A stretch of 64,000 nucleotides of DNA, taken from Eledone cirrhosa (lineage: Eukaryota). The stretch spans positions 11,367 to 75,366 of the forward strand of contig CAXHJY010000539.1 in the NCBI GenBank assembly GCA_964016885.1, in the 5' to 3' direction. Numbering within the stretch: the stretch's first letter is position 1; every line of letters begins with the position of its first letter. Of the stretch, positions 1 through 16,460 are shown piece by piece. The notes beneath the pieces were generated by a model, which was not told the origin of the DNA, made no database searches, and saw only the letters and a list, made by a program, of their open reading frames with translations. The translations under genes and the position numbers were made by a program.

Positions 1-4686
<4,686 letters not shown>

Positions 4687-4687
4687 A

Positions 4688-7600
4688 TGAGACACTGATG
4701 CTCACTACCTCCAAATATCCGACAGTGACTATATAATTATTGAAGGCGACCTAAATGGTCACGTTGGACAACATTGTGACGGCTACGACGAAATCCATGG
4801 AGGCTATGGGTTTGTTACTAGAAATGAGGAAGGCTCCAGAATCCTGGAATTCTGTGACGCAAATAACCTAACTATCTGTAACACTAACTTCAAAAAACGT
4901 GACAATCACCTGATCTATAGGTGATCAGGGGAACACACAAGCCAGGTAGATTATATCCTTACCAGAAGACGTGACAGAGTTTCTGTTGTAAACACTAAAT
5001 CCCTCCCCCATGAAGAATGCACCTCCCAACATAGACTGATAATTAGCGACCTAATAGTCAGGACGAGACGTACTAGACAACAGAAGAGGACTATCCTCAG
5101 GAGAAAAATATAAAGCTAAATGACCCCACAGCCAGAAATAAATTTAAAAGCATACTACTTGATGCTTTCGACAGTAAGGAAGAACATTTAGAGTCGGACA
5201 ATATAGAGGAGCAGTGGGAATTCCTGAAAGCAAACCTGCTGAAGGCGGCAGACGAAGTCTGTGGCTGGAGCAGGCCTGTAGGCAGGAGGAGAGTAACATG
5301 GTGGTGGAACAGTAAGGTGGAGGGGTCAATTAAGGCCAAAAAGCTGGCTTGGAAAGTATGGCGGGATGGGGGAAGTAGAGAAGACTACTATCAAGTGGCC
5401 AGGAGGGAAGCTAGGAGACAAGTGTACTTCGCAAGAAGGGAAGTAGAGGAAAGAAAGTTCAAGCATGTTCTACAACGCGAGGACCAAAAACGTGAGGTGT
5501 TCAGGATTGCTAGGCAATGTGTCAAGGAAAACCGTGATATTGTCGGGGAGAAGTGTGTACTTAATGATGACGGCGTACTTGCCATCACCAACGCTGATAA
5601 GAAGGTAGCTTGGAAGTGTCACTATGAAAGGCTACTAAATGAGGAGAATAAATGGGAGAAAGACAGTCTCCCTCACATCGACCCAATAGAGGGACCAGCA
5701 GTGTTAGTCGAGGGTAGTATAATAAGTAAGGCAATCAAGGATATGAAGACGGGTAAGGCAGCTGGGCCTTCGGAAATAGTTGCTGAGATGCTGAAGGCAT
5801 CTGGCACGGTGGGACACACCATGGTCTCCCGGATAGTTAACCAAGTCGTACAGAATGGTGTTGTTCCGAAGGACTGGCGTAGCAGCATCATCATTAACTG
5901 TTACAAGGGTAAAGGAGATGCCCTAGATAGGAGTAACTATAGAGGCATTAAATTAATCGACCAGGTCATGAAGGTCACGGAAAAAGTAATAGCGCAACTA
6001 ATCAGAGAGAGAATTGACCTAGATGAAATGCAGTTCGGGTTTGTGTCAGGCAAAAGTACCACAGACGCTCTTTTCATTGTACGACAACTACAGGAGAAGT
6101 ACCTAGCTAAAAGTAAACCCCTATACTTAGCTTTTGTCGACTTGGAGAAAGCCTTCGACAGAGTCCCCCGTACCATTATCTGGTGGGCTCTTAGAAAACT
6201 AGGTATCGACGAATGGCTTGTGAGAGCTATACAAGCCATGTATAAAGAAACAGTCAGCAAGGTTAGAATTAACAACGAATATAGTGAAGAGTTTAGCGTA
6301 AAATTTGGCGTCCATCAGGGCTCTGTTCTCAGCCCCCTACTATTTATTATTGCCCTTCAGGCTATAACAGAGGAGTTCAAGACCGGCTGCCCATGGGAAC
6401 TCCTATACGCAGACGACCTAACACTCATAGCTGAATCAATGGCCGAGCTAGAGAAGAAATTCCAAACATGGAAGCACGGCCTAGAATCAAAAGGCCTTAA
6501 AATTAACCTGGCTAGGACCAAAGTTCTAGTTTGTAGGAAAGAAAATAAGGCGGCGGTCCCTTCCGGGAAGTGGCAATGCTCAGTGTGTAGGAAAGGCGTA
6601 GGTAGAAACTCCATTTTGTATCAGAAATGCAAAGTATGGGTGCATAAAAGATGTAGTGGGATCACAGGTAAGCTAACTAAGAACATAGATTTCACATGTG
6701 GCCGGTGCTCTGGTGCAATAAGTAGCCCACAAAATACTAGCTCTTTCAACTGCGCAGAGGGCTCTATAGAAATAGTGGACAGCTTCCGTTACCTGGGTGA
6801 CAAAATCAGCAGTGGGGGAGGGAGCTCTGAAAGTACAGTAGCTAGATTCAGAACTGGATGGAAAAAGTTCAGAGAGCTTATACCACTATTAGCCGCTAAA
6901 GGGTTCTCCCTAAAAATGAAAGGCAGGTTGTATGATGCCTGCATACGAACAGCAATGTTGCATGGCAGTGAGACCTGGGCATTGTGTGCAGAGGATATAC
7001 GCAGACTAGAGAGGAACGAAGCTTGCATGCTCCGCTGGATGTGTAATAGTAATATACGTGAACGGCAAAGCATAAACGAACTAAGGAAAAAATTAGAAAT
7101 AAGAGGGATCAGATGTTGTTTACTCGAGAGAAGGCTACGTTGGTATGGACACGTGATGCGCATGAAAGTCGATAGCTGTATAACAAAGTGCAGGGCAATA
7201 AAGATAGACGGTAGCCACGGAATAGGCAGACCTAGAAAAACCTGGGACGAGCTGATAAACTCCGACATCACACACTTACACCTCTCCAAGACAATGTCAC
7301 TGGACCGAGACCTTTGGCGGTACTCAGTAACAGAGAAGACCCGCCTTACCTAAATATATAGTAAAACCTACTACAGTCAGTAGGCATCTCTAACAAAATA
7401 CACCCCGTCCCACCCCCTCACCCCATCCACACTGCCCCCTTCAATGTAAAGTTATGTTGGTGTCACACCATCCAGGCCGAAACAAATGAGATCGTGTAGG
7501 TGTCACGACAAAAAATCACAGTCCACGCTGTAATGTGGCCGTGTAGGCAACACGGTAAAAACCTCCCAGACCCACACTGTAAATGTGGTTGGTGTTAGGA

Positions 7601-7740
7601 AGGGCATCCAACTGTAGAAAACGTGCCAGACAGTCCTATGCGAGCAAGACAATCACTCTAGCCTCAAGTGGGAAAACCCCCGTCCAAACCCATGCAAGCG
7701 TGGAACACGGACGTTAAACGATGATGATGATGATGATGAT
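4688..7740 (+). mobile_element. RTE-clade non-LTR retrotransposon, 5'-truncated inside the APE endonuclease
   Basis: EN motifs GDLNGHVG (~4745), QVDYIL and QHRLI, with a stop and frameshifts. RT ORF 5317-7353. 3' UTR with GGAAGGGCATCC motif and a (GAT)n tail at ~7720-7740. Confidence 0.95.
5317..7353 (+). CDS. RTE ORF2 remnant: reverse transcriptase with an inserted PHD-like finger
   Basis: Motifs KGKGD..NYRGI, QFGF, FVDLEKAFDRVP, GVHQGSVLSPLLF, YADD (6406-6417), [30 protein letters not shown]. The ORF start is not the real start because the frame is broken upstream. Confidence 0.9.
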   Translation: MEGSIKAKKLAWKVWRDGGSREDYYQVARREARRQVYFARREVEERKFKHVLQREDQKREVFRIARQCVKENRDIVGEKCVLNDDGVLAITNADKKVAWKCHYERLLNEENKWEKDSLPHIDPIEGPAVLVEGSIISKAIKDMKTGKAAGPSEIVAEMLKASGTVGHTMVSRIVNQVVQNGVVPKDWRSSIIINCYKGKGDALDRSNYRGIKLIDQVMKVTEKVIAQLIRERIDLDEMQFGFVSGKSTTDALFIVRQLQEKYLAKSKPLYLAFVDLEKAFDRVPRTIIWWALRKLGIDEWLVRAIQAMYKETVSKVRINNEYSEEFSVKFGVHQGSVLSPLLFIIALQAITEEFKTGCPWELLYADDLTLIAESMAELEKKFQTWKHGLESKGLKINLARTKVLVCRKENKAAVPSGKWQCSVCRKGVGRNSILYQKCKVWVHKRCSGITGKLTKNIDFTCGRCSGAISSPQNTSSFNCAEGSIEIVDSFRYLGDKISSGGGSSESTVARFRTGWKKFRELIPLLAAKGFSLKMKGRLYDACIRTAMLHGSETWALCAEDIRRLERNEACMLRWMCNSNIRERQSINELRKKLEIRGIRCCLLERRLRWYGHVMRMKVDSCITKCRAIKIDGSHGIGRPRKTWDELINSDITHLHLSKTMSLDRDLWRYSVTEKTRLT

Positions 7741-8206
7741 ATATGGATATGTATATATATATATGGATATGGACATGTATATCTATATATATGGATATGT
7801 ATATCTATATATATGGATATGTATATCTATATATATGGATATGTATATCTATATATATATATATATATGGATATGTATATATATATGGATACATATATGG
7901 ATATATATATATGTATATATACATGGATATATATACATGGATATATATATATGTATATATATATGGATATGTATATATATATGGATATGTATATCTATAT
8001 CTATATATATGGATATGTATATATATATGGATATGTATATGGATATGTATATATATATGGATATGTATATGTATATATATATGGATATGTATATGTATAT
8101 ATATATGGATATGTATATGTATATATATATATATATATATGGATATGTATATATATATGTATATATATGGATATGTATATATATATGGATATGTATATAT
8201 GGATAT
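7741..8206. repeat. GGATATG(TA)n-type array
   Basis: Same unit type as 3873-4686 on the other side of the RTE. Confidence 0.95.
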
Positions 8207-9040
8207 AAATGGCCATGCTCAGTGTGTAGGAAAGGAGTAGGCAGAAACTGCATTTTATGTCCCAAATGCAAAGTATGGGTGCAAATAAGATGTAGTGGGA
8301 TCACAGGTAAGCTAACTAAGAATATAGATTTTATATGTGGCCGGTGCTCTGGTGCAATAAGTAGCAGCAAGTGCCTACAGAATACTAGCTCATTCCATTG
8401 CACAGATGGTTCTATAGAAATAGTGGACACCTTCCGTTACCTGGGTGACAAAATCAGCAGTGGGGGCGGGTGCTCTGAAAGTACAGTAGCTAGAGTCAGA
8501 ACGGGATGGAAAAAGTTCAGAGAGCTTATACCACTATTAGCCGCTAAAGGGTTCTCTCTAAAAATGAAAGGCAGTCTGTATGATGCCTGCATACAAACAG
8601 CAATGTTACATGGCAGTGAGACATGGGCATTGTGTGCAGAGGATCTGCGCAGACTGGAGAGGAACGAAGCTTGTATGCTCCGTTGGATGTGTAGGCACCT
8701 CTAACAAAATACACCCCCATCCCACAACCCCCACCACATCCACACCGCCCCTTTCGATGTAAAGTTATGTTGGTTCCACAACATCCAGTCCGAAACAAAT
8801 GAGGTCGTGTAGGTGTCCCGACAAAAAAACACAGTCCACGCTGTAATGTGGCCGTGTAGGTAACACGGTAAACACCTCCCAGTCCCCACTGTAAACGTGG
8901 TTGGTGTTAGGAAGGGCATCCAGCCGTAGAAAACCTGCCAGATAGTCCTATACGAGCAGGACAACCAATCTTGCCTCAAGTGGGAAAACTCCCGTCCAAA
9001 CCCATGTAAGCGTGGACGATGGACGTTAAACGATGATCAT
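8207..9040 (+). mobile_element. RTE fragment (PHD finger to RT C-terminal part, fused to the 3' UTR by an internal deletion)
   Basis: [12 protein letters not shown]...MLRWMC is joined at ~8692 directly to the 3' UTR (gtaggcacctc). Short GAT tail. Confidence 0.92.
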
Positions 9041-9103
9041 GATATATGGATATATATGTATATATGTATATACATATATATGTATATATATATTTATATA
9101 TAT

Positions 9104-9860
9104 GACTGACAAGTTTTGAGCCTCCAAGAAATGGTAAAATGTACAAATATTTTCTTGTTTTATTTTTCAACATAGACTCCATTTGAGTCCACACACTTCT
9201 TCCACCGGTGCTGAAATGCCTGGATCCTGCTGAAGTAAACTCCTTAGTTTGGTCCTCCAGGTAGCTGTCCACAGCACCTATGATGTCATCATCTGTGGCA
9301 TAGTCTTGTACAGCCATATCCTTTTCCCTGTTTGAGAACAGGTGGATGTCAGAAGGTTGTAGGTCTGGCATATATGATTGTTGAGGGATGAGTTGGAACC
9401 CACAATAATGGATTTTTGCCATTACCACCACCAAGGTGTAGCTGGAGCATTGTCATGATGGAACAAGACCCTTTTGGTCACCAATCCTTGCCTCTTCTTG
9501 TTGCTGTTGTCATGCAGACTTTTAAGCAGGTTGGCTTAGTATTGTCTGGTGGCCCTTTTGAAGATAATCCACCAATAACACTTCTTGTGCATCTCAGAAA
9601 ATGGTAGCTATGACTTTTCCTGCTGATGGTGTGTGGCATTGGTTGTCTTGTGGGTGGGTGAAAATGGGTGCTTCCACTGCTTAGACAGCTCTTTTGTTTC
9701 AGGCCAGTAATAATGAACCCGGGTATCGTCCATGGTTACAAATTGTGCCAGGAAATCTTCCAAGTTGTTGGAGAACATGGTGCGATGAGTGCGCTTTTGT
9801 GCTATCATCATTTTCATTTAACATCTGCTTTGCTTGCTAACCTTAGTTGGACAAAGCTAT
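9104..9860 (-). pseudogene. Degenerate mariner-family transposase fragment
   Basis: Minus-strand peptides FVTMDDTRVHYYWPETKELSKQW (first catalytic D region) and SYMPDLQPSDIHLF (YSPDLAPSD-like motif), with frameshifts. Confidence 0.85.
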
Positions 9861-9956
9861 AGTATATATATATATATATATATATGTGTGTATATGTATG
9901 TATATGCATGTGTGTGTATATATATAATATATATATATATCATCATCATTATATGA

Positions 9957-10143
9957 GGGCGGTGAATTGGCAGTATTGGTAGAGGGTCAGACACGCTTTC
10001 CAGCGTAGTTACGTCCCTTTACGATCTGAGTACAAATCCTGCTGAGGTTAACTTTGCCTTTCATCCTTACGGGGTCGATAAAATAAAGTACCAGTTATGT
10101 ACTGGGTAGTTGCTGTCCTTGTGCCAAAAGTAGAAACAATTAT
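9957..10143 (+). mobile_element. tRNA-derived SINE (core GCCTTTCATCCTTACGGGGTCGATAAAAT, resembling a Meta/MESC-type core)
   Basis: A/B-box-like head, core shared by more than 10 copies in the window, 3' end AAGTAGAAACAATTAT. Confidence 0.85.
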
Positions 10144-10670
10144 CATTTTATGTCTGCTCTCCCTCCTTGCAAGGGCGGGTCCTATTCAGCACAGCATCTC
10201 CATTCGTCACGGTCCTTTGTCATCTCCTCTGTGAACTCTCACCACCTCCACCCATGATTTTCGTGGTCTTCCTCTACTGTGTCGTCCTTCCACTCGGATT
10301 TCTTGGCACTTCTTTACCCAGTGGTCATCCTCCATGCGCATCACATGGCCATACCAATGCAGTCTTCTCTCCCACACATTACAATTTATCCCTCTTATAC
10401 ACAGTTTCTCTCTCAACTCGTCTATGCTTGGTTGTTCACGCACATTGACATTGTACATCCATCGGAGCATGCTTGCTTCATTTCTCTCCAGCCTTCGCAT
10501 ATCGTCCGCATTTACAATGTGGGCTAGGTGCTTTTTCTCATGACACCTACACGACCACTTTACAGTGGGCTGGGTGCTTTTTGTCATGACACCTACACAA
10601 CCACTTTACAGTGTGGACTAGATGCTTTTTGTCATGACACCTACACGACCACTTTACAGTGTGGGCTGGA
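10141..10670 (-). mobile_element. RTE fragment (short-UTR subfamily) plus three ~48-bp 3'-UTR-type repeats at 10540-10670
   Basis: Peptide [15 protein letters not shown]...[12 protein letters not shown]...GRPRKSW. Repeat unit atgacacctacacgaccactttacagtg(g/t)g. Confidence 0.85.
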
Positions 10671-10895
10671 TATGTTTTGTTCACAGTGTAGGTTGGTGTG
10701 GGTGGGTGGTGGCAGGAATGAGTTCCTCAATTTGGAATTACTCTTTCAGTTCATCTTCCTAGCCATACTTTGAAGTAATGTATTTGCTATGTTGTCAGCT
10801 GGAACCACAACACATTTGCTTGACTTGATGGGAGTGATAAAATATAAACTGTTCATGATAATCTATTAGGAAAACAAATTTTTTTTTTCTATTTA

Positions 10896-10981
10896 CGAGG
10901 TGTAAGTAGACCACTGACCCCTCGCCCTCTCTTCCCAGTAGTTCAACTGGGAATATATCCTGTGGTGTAAACACGACCTCA
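10896..10981. mobile_element. Possible small mariner-type MITE remnant
   Basis: TA|CGAGGTGT ... ACGACCTCA|TA imperfect termini and an internal hairpin ttcccagt/actgggaa. Confidence 0.35.
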
Positions 10982-11251
10982 TACGTATATTTACATGTAC
11001 ATACCAACATTCATCTACGGTCATGTGGAGATGCTTTTCATACAGTGTTCATTGTTTATTGGTGTTGGTTTACATTCTTATAATTTATTGCAGGGAGTGC
11101 ATGTGTGTGAGCTTTTGTAGGCATATGTGTAAATGTGTGTATCAATGTATATGTGTGTGTATATATACATGGTTATTTTTTTGTTACATGGGTATTTATC
11201 TCCAGAATATTTTGTTACATACTTTATTTCTTTTTGTTATATATATATATA

Positions 11252-11360
11252 CAGGGTGCTGCAAAAGTAGGTATACTGCGCACAAAACGTATTTTATTGA
11301 TTATGCAAACTGGTAATACTAGTATAATCTTTACTGAATACCTACTCTTGCAGCTCCCTG
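11252..11360. mobile_element. Tc1/mariner-type MITE
   Basis: TIRs CAGGGTGCTGCAAAAGTAGGTAT / ATACCTACTCTTGCAGCTCCCTG, flanked by TA. Confidence 0.8.
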
Positions 11361-11724
11361 TATATATGTGTGTGTATATATATGGATGTAATACAAAACC
11401 CGTGTATGGGTTGACGAACCCCAAAAAGTCATTGCCCTTCTAATAGTGTGTATATAAATGCACATGGGAGAAGGATGCTATTAGCTGAAACTTGCAGTGT
11501 ATGTAGTGCATCTGTTTGTGTAGGCCTACCGGGCCTACCTCCTTCAAGGCGTAGTGGCTTCATAACTTAACTAGCACAGGGCCTCATTTGTCCTAAATCC
11601 GGCACTGAATGAAATAATAATTTTTTGATAACTGGTGTTGTGGTTTAAGATGAGAAACTCAACTTATTTCGTCTGTCACAAACGTTGAAATTCTAAGTCC
11701 CTGTTGTAGTTTTAACTCAGTATA

Positions 11725-11838
11725 TAATTGTTTCTACTTTTGGCACAATGCCAGCAGTTGTCCCAGTGCATTACTGGTACTTTATTTTATCGACCCTGTA
11801 AGGATGAAAGGCAGTTAACCTCAGCGGGATTTGAAATG
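11725..11838 (-). mobile_element. SINE, 5'-truncated (same family as 9957)
   Basis: Reverse complement of the core and tail. Confidence 0.8.
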
Positions 11839-12750
11839 AAAGAAATCTGGCCGCATATCGTAAAGGTCTGTTGTTTCTGTCTCACTCATTGCTCTAAAAC
11901 ATTGCATGGATTTTATTGACAACCTGACCAATATATCCATTGGTGTTTTATTTAGTTGATAGAAGAAATCAAAGTCAACCCTGGTGAGATTTTAACTCAG
12001 AATGTTAAAAAATGCTGTAACTAAATACAGCATGTCTGCTGCTCTATCGATTCTCCAAATTCTATCAACATTAAGCCAACGAGGTAGCCTGTATGTGCTC
12101 ATTTTAGATTGTTAGAAATAGCAGTCAAATCGTCTCAAAACTCATTCTATGATTAGAAATAATGAAAAGATAGAGGTCAGATTTCGGCAACAGGTGGGCT
12201 GCGGTCAACAACTGGGCCACTGAGATTTTTGTTTTCTTTGGGGTTTGGACTTTATAACAATTTTTATATGTAAGATGTGGGCCATAGGAAAAACTAGAAA
12301 AAGAAAAAAAATTAAATAGACCATTGTAAAAAAAAAAAAAAAGTTGACCACTACATTAGATACTGTCAAGACAACATGGTTATTGTCAGACTACTTTTGA
12401 TCATACTTCTGCTTGATTAGGAGTGATCGAGGACTAAACAAATACAAATAACACGAGCTGACGAGTTTTAACAGGACTACTCGATTGCTAGAAATAGCTA
12501 CCATATCTCCACTCAAATTACATTCAACCATCAAAACAAAATGGATACATTGGTCAGTGTAACCCTAGATATACAAAAAAAAAATGGAAGAGCCACCACC
12601 GGAACGCTTTTAATCACTGATCCGCTTGATCAGGTTTGACTTGTTGGTTAAAAGATTAACAGAAGCCAATAAATGTGCCTCTTACAAAGACGCACTAACT
12701 GCTAGAAATATTAGTAATTTCTCTAAAATCACAGGCTATTGTCTAAGTAA

Positions 12751-13082
12751 ATAATTGTTTCTACTTTTGGCCCAAGGCCAGCAATTATCCCGGTGCATTA
12801 CTGGTCCTTTATTTTATCGACCCTATAAGTATGAAAAGCAAAGTTAACCTCGACGGTATTTGAACTCAGAACGTAAAAGGCCCAACTCTGTTGCAAAGCA
12901 AAGCGTCCGATCCTCTACCGATACTGCCAATCCAACTAAATAATAGTTTCTTATATAGACACAAAGCCAGCAATTTTGGAGGAGGGGAAAGTCGATTAAA
13001 TCGACGCGTGACTGGTACTTTATTTTATCGACCCCGTAAAGATGAAAGGCAAAGTTAATCTCGGCGGGATTTGAACCCAGAC
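12751..13082 (-). mobile_element. Two adjacent SINEs (12751-12935 and 12941-13082)
   Basis: Both carry the reverse complement of the shared core (ttttatcgacccc..gatgaaa(g)gcaaagttaa). Confidence 0.8.
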
Positions 13083-14197
13083 TCCAACTAAATGCGGTCT
13101 TGAATGAACTGTCTGGTTAAAGGAAGGTGGGATGGTCACGATGATTATCGGTCTGCTCGATCAGAGTTACCTTGGGCTAAACAATAACAACAACAAACTA
13201 GTTCTCTATTCAATGATGGGGCCGCTATATGGTTACTTAACAGTCTAGAAATAGCAGCTAAACCTCCATCAAATCAACCTGTACCCAACTTTGAAAAGGC
13301 ATCTTATATAATAATCTGTTTCGAGTTACACAATACGTGAAACAAGATCGTATGGTCAAAGCTGGAGCGTCTTTAGTCGTATGTACGTTCAATTAGGTCT
13401 GACATGAGGCTAAACAACAACTACACCACGAGTAAACTTATCGTACGACTTGCTATAAATATTAGCCAGATCTCCTTCTAATCACACCCTACCATCTAAG
13501 AAAAAGAAAGAATGCATTGGATAATATGATGTTCACGACCAGAATGTTTAATCAAGTAGGCCTGAGGTGAAATAAGAAGAAAATAGTTCTTAAATAAATT
13601 GAAATGAATGAGAGAGAGAGAGAAGTACATATACACCACACACACGCCCACAACCAGAAAATTTGTAATGGAAAGCAAAAAGATAACCGAAAGATGTTGG
13701 TTTTTGTTGCTGGTGATTGAGTAGACCTAAGACTTAAGATATTCCAGCTGTGACCATCCCATCTTTTTAGATGTGCGTAGGATTACATTGTCCAATGTGA
13801 CCTTGACTGCTATTTCTAGCAGGTTGAGCTTCTCCAATTAGTTTTGTTGATGTTTCACCCCATGTTAGCCTTGATTAAGAAGACCAACCTGGAACTCAAT
13901 GTGAAACATTTCGGTCGCGACCATTCCGTCCTTTTGGGGTTTCGTAGGAAGGTGGTATTATCTAATGTGTCTAAGCAGATTTGGCTGCTATTTCTAGCAG
14001 GTCGAGCGATAGACCAAGCTGAGGCTTTTTCGTTCTTATTATTTTGTTGTGAGTTTTGATTGTTTATATTTTGCTTGTTTTGTCTATTTATACAAATGTA
14101 GGCTAAAGGTTTCCCTCATACATATGGTTTTATTTTATGTTATTAGGTATAGCAATTACGTGTAAGTTCCGCCTTAGTGTTAGCTCTACTGATTATC

Positions 14198-14235
<38 letters not shown>

Positions 14236-15036
14236 TACAATATCTTTCGAGATATAAGACGCACCGGTGCATAGAGCTTCGGAAATAAAAAAGAAAAGTA
14301 GCATTTAAGATTTTTTATTTCACTTAAAAAACTTTTGGGTAAAAAAGTATGTACGTAGTATGTGTGTGTGGACACACACACACACACAAGCGCGCACGCG
14401 TACGCACGATTTAATTTTGTTGTTGAATATATTTGTTTTGTTTTTTTCTTTCTGTTTCTCGTTCGTTCTGTCTTTCTATGGTGATAATTAAACTATTTAG
14501 GAGGAACGGAAGCTATCTGGTGACTAAACACATCGCTATTTCGGATGGCAAACAACAACAGTAACAACAAAAATATATTTCTTTTTCTTTCCTATTAGCT
14601 AAAGGTGTGTGTGTGTATTGTATTGTAGTGTGTTTGTGCGTGTGTATTGTAGTGTGTTTGTGCTGGGTGGTGGTGGTGGTACATGCAATCAGAAGTTCAT
14701 TGCAGTTCCCTTTCTATATTTTCCTGTATCTCTCTCTCTTTCTTTCTCTTACCTTGCTTGCTATCCACTCTCTTTCCCCGCCCATCTCTACCACCACCTC
14801 GCTATAACTAACACTTATATACTATCACTGTCATTGCGATCGCCTCCATAACCACCACCAGTACCACATTCCACTACTACCACTATTACCTACCTACAAA
14901 CACCAGCCCGTCGCCATCATCACCACCACCAGCAATACTTACAGTACGGAACAACGACTTAGCCTCTATATGGTCACTTGACCTGCTAGAAATAGCAGTC
15001 CAATCTCCCCCAAATTATACCTTATCTTGTTTATAA

Positions 15037-15452
15037 TAATTGTTTCTACTTTTGGGACAAGGCTACCAGTGTATTACTGATGCTTTATTTTATCGACCCC
15101 GTAAGGATGAAAGGCAAAGTTAACCTCGGTGGGATTTGAACTGAGGACTGTAAAGGGGCATAACTCTATCCTGCAAAGCATGGTGTCTAATCTTCTACCG
15201 ATACTGCCAATCTACCGCGATTACCTTCATAATTATAATTAAACAGGAGGGGCATGACATATTTAATAATTGTTTCTACTTTAGGCACAAGGCTAGCAAA
15301 TACCCAGTACATTACTGGTACTTTATTTTATCGACCCCGTAAGGATGAAAGGCAAAGTTAACCGCGGCGGGATATGAATTCAGAATGGAAAGGTACGTAA
15401 CTATGTTAGAAAGCATGGCGTCCAACCCTCTACCGATACTGCCAATTCACCT
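15037..15452 (-). mobile_element. Two adjacent SINEs (15037-15219 and 15267-15452)
   Basis: Full head, core and tail on the minus strand. Confidence 0.85.
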
Positions 15453-16324
15453 ATTTAATAATGAATATCGAAAAGATGACAGCCTGGTCACGGTTGGAAC
15501 GCCTCTGATCATAGGTCTGTTCGATCGGGACTAGCATGGAGTTAAACTACACTTACTCCAATGACACCACCATCACTACCACTTACGTTATACAGTAGTT
15601 AATGTGAGTGATTGGTTCATGGTAGATCCATGTGGTTTGTTAAGTTACCTCCTTCCCCTCCTCCTCCGCTATCAACAGAAATATATATAAACAAAATAAC
15701 AAATAGTAAAACAAAAAAGCCAACTTCAAGCTGGAATGTTAAACGAATAAACAACAACTACTACTATTACTGCTGCTACTATTACTACCAATACTGCTGC
15801 TGCTACTTTAGAAAGTACCTTTCTCAACATTGTTTCACTTTCTCGCAGCACTAGGTCCTGTAATCTTCCCTATTATATATTAAATACTTCCGCAATTGTT
15901 TTTTTTCTTTACTTTTAATTGCTCTGCTCGTCTTTCGACTACTCCTCAATTCATACATCACCTTAGTACAAGTGTCTCTACGCAGTCGCTCGATCTAGAA
16001 ATAACAAAAAATACCGTTCAAATCTCACCCTATCGCCTTTAAAAAAACGGTCTAACTCTTACAAGACGAAGTGGTGCTCGTCATTAGAATGCTTCTGGTC
16101 AGGATTTATCTAGGGTTAAACAACAGTATCCTTAAATTGGCGTAAGTCAAATACTGGGTAACAACACTGAAAGTTCCCAAATTTTTTCCATTTTGTTTAA
16201 TTTGTGGCAACTCTTCTGAAGTAAAGTTACACTCACTCTGTTTTGTTCAGTAATTTTGACAAAAGGGATATTTTTAAATGCTGTTTTTAATAAGTTCGAA
16301 TAAGAATAGCACACATTATTTCGC

Positions 16325-16460
16325 TTTACGTCCATTTACGGTCTGAGTTCAAATCCCGCCGAGGTTAACTTTGCCTTTCATCTTTACGGGGTCGATAAAA
16401 TAAAGTACCAGTAATGTACTAGGTAATTGCAGGCCTTGTGCCAAAAGTAGAAACAATTAT
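16325..16460 (+). mobile_element. SINE, 5'-truncated
   Basis: B-box gagttcaaatccc, core and tail. Confidence 0.8.

Noticed and set aside
5391-7289. Antisense ORFs over the RTE (also over the CR1 element at 51576-52780)
   Set aside because: Shadow ORFs of the TE coding strand with no independent motifs.
11520-12352. hAT-like terminal remnants (taaatccggcactg at ~11594-11607, and ~12175-12352)
   Set aside because: No matching TIR pair or TSD could be established.
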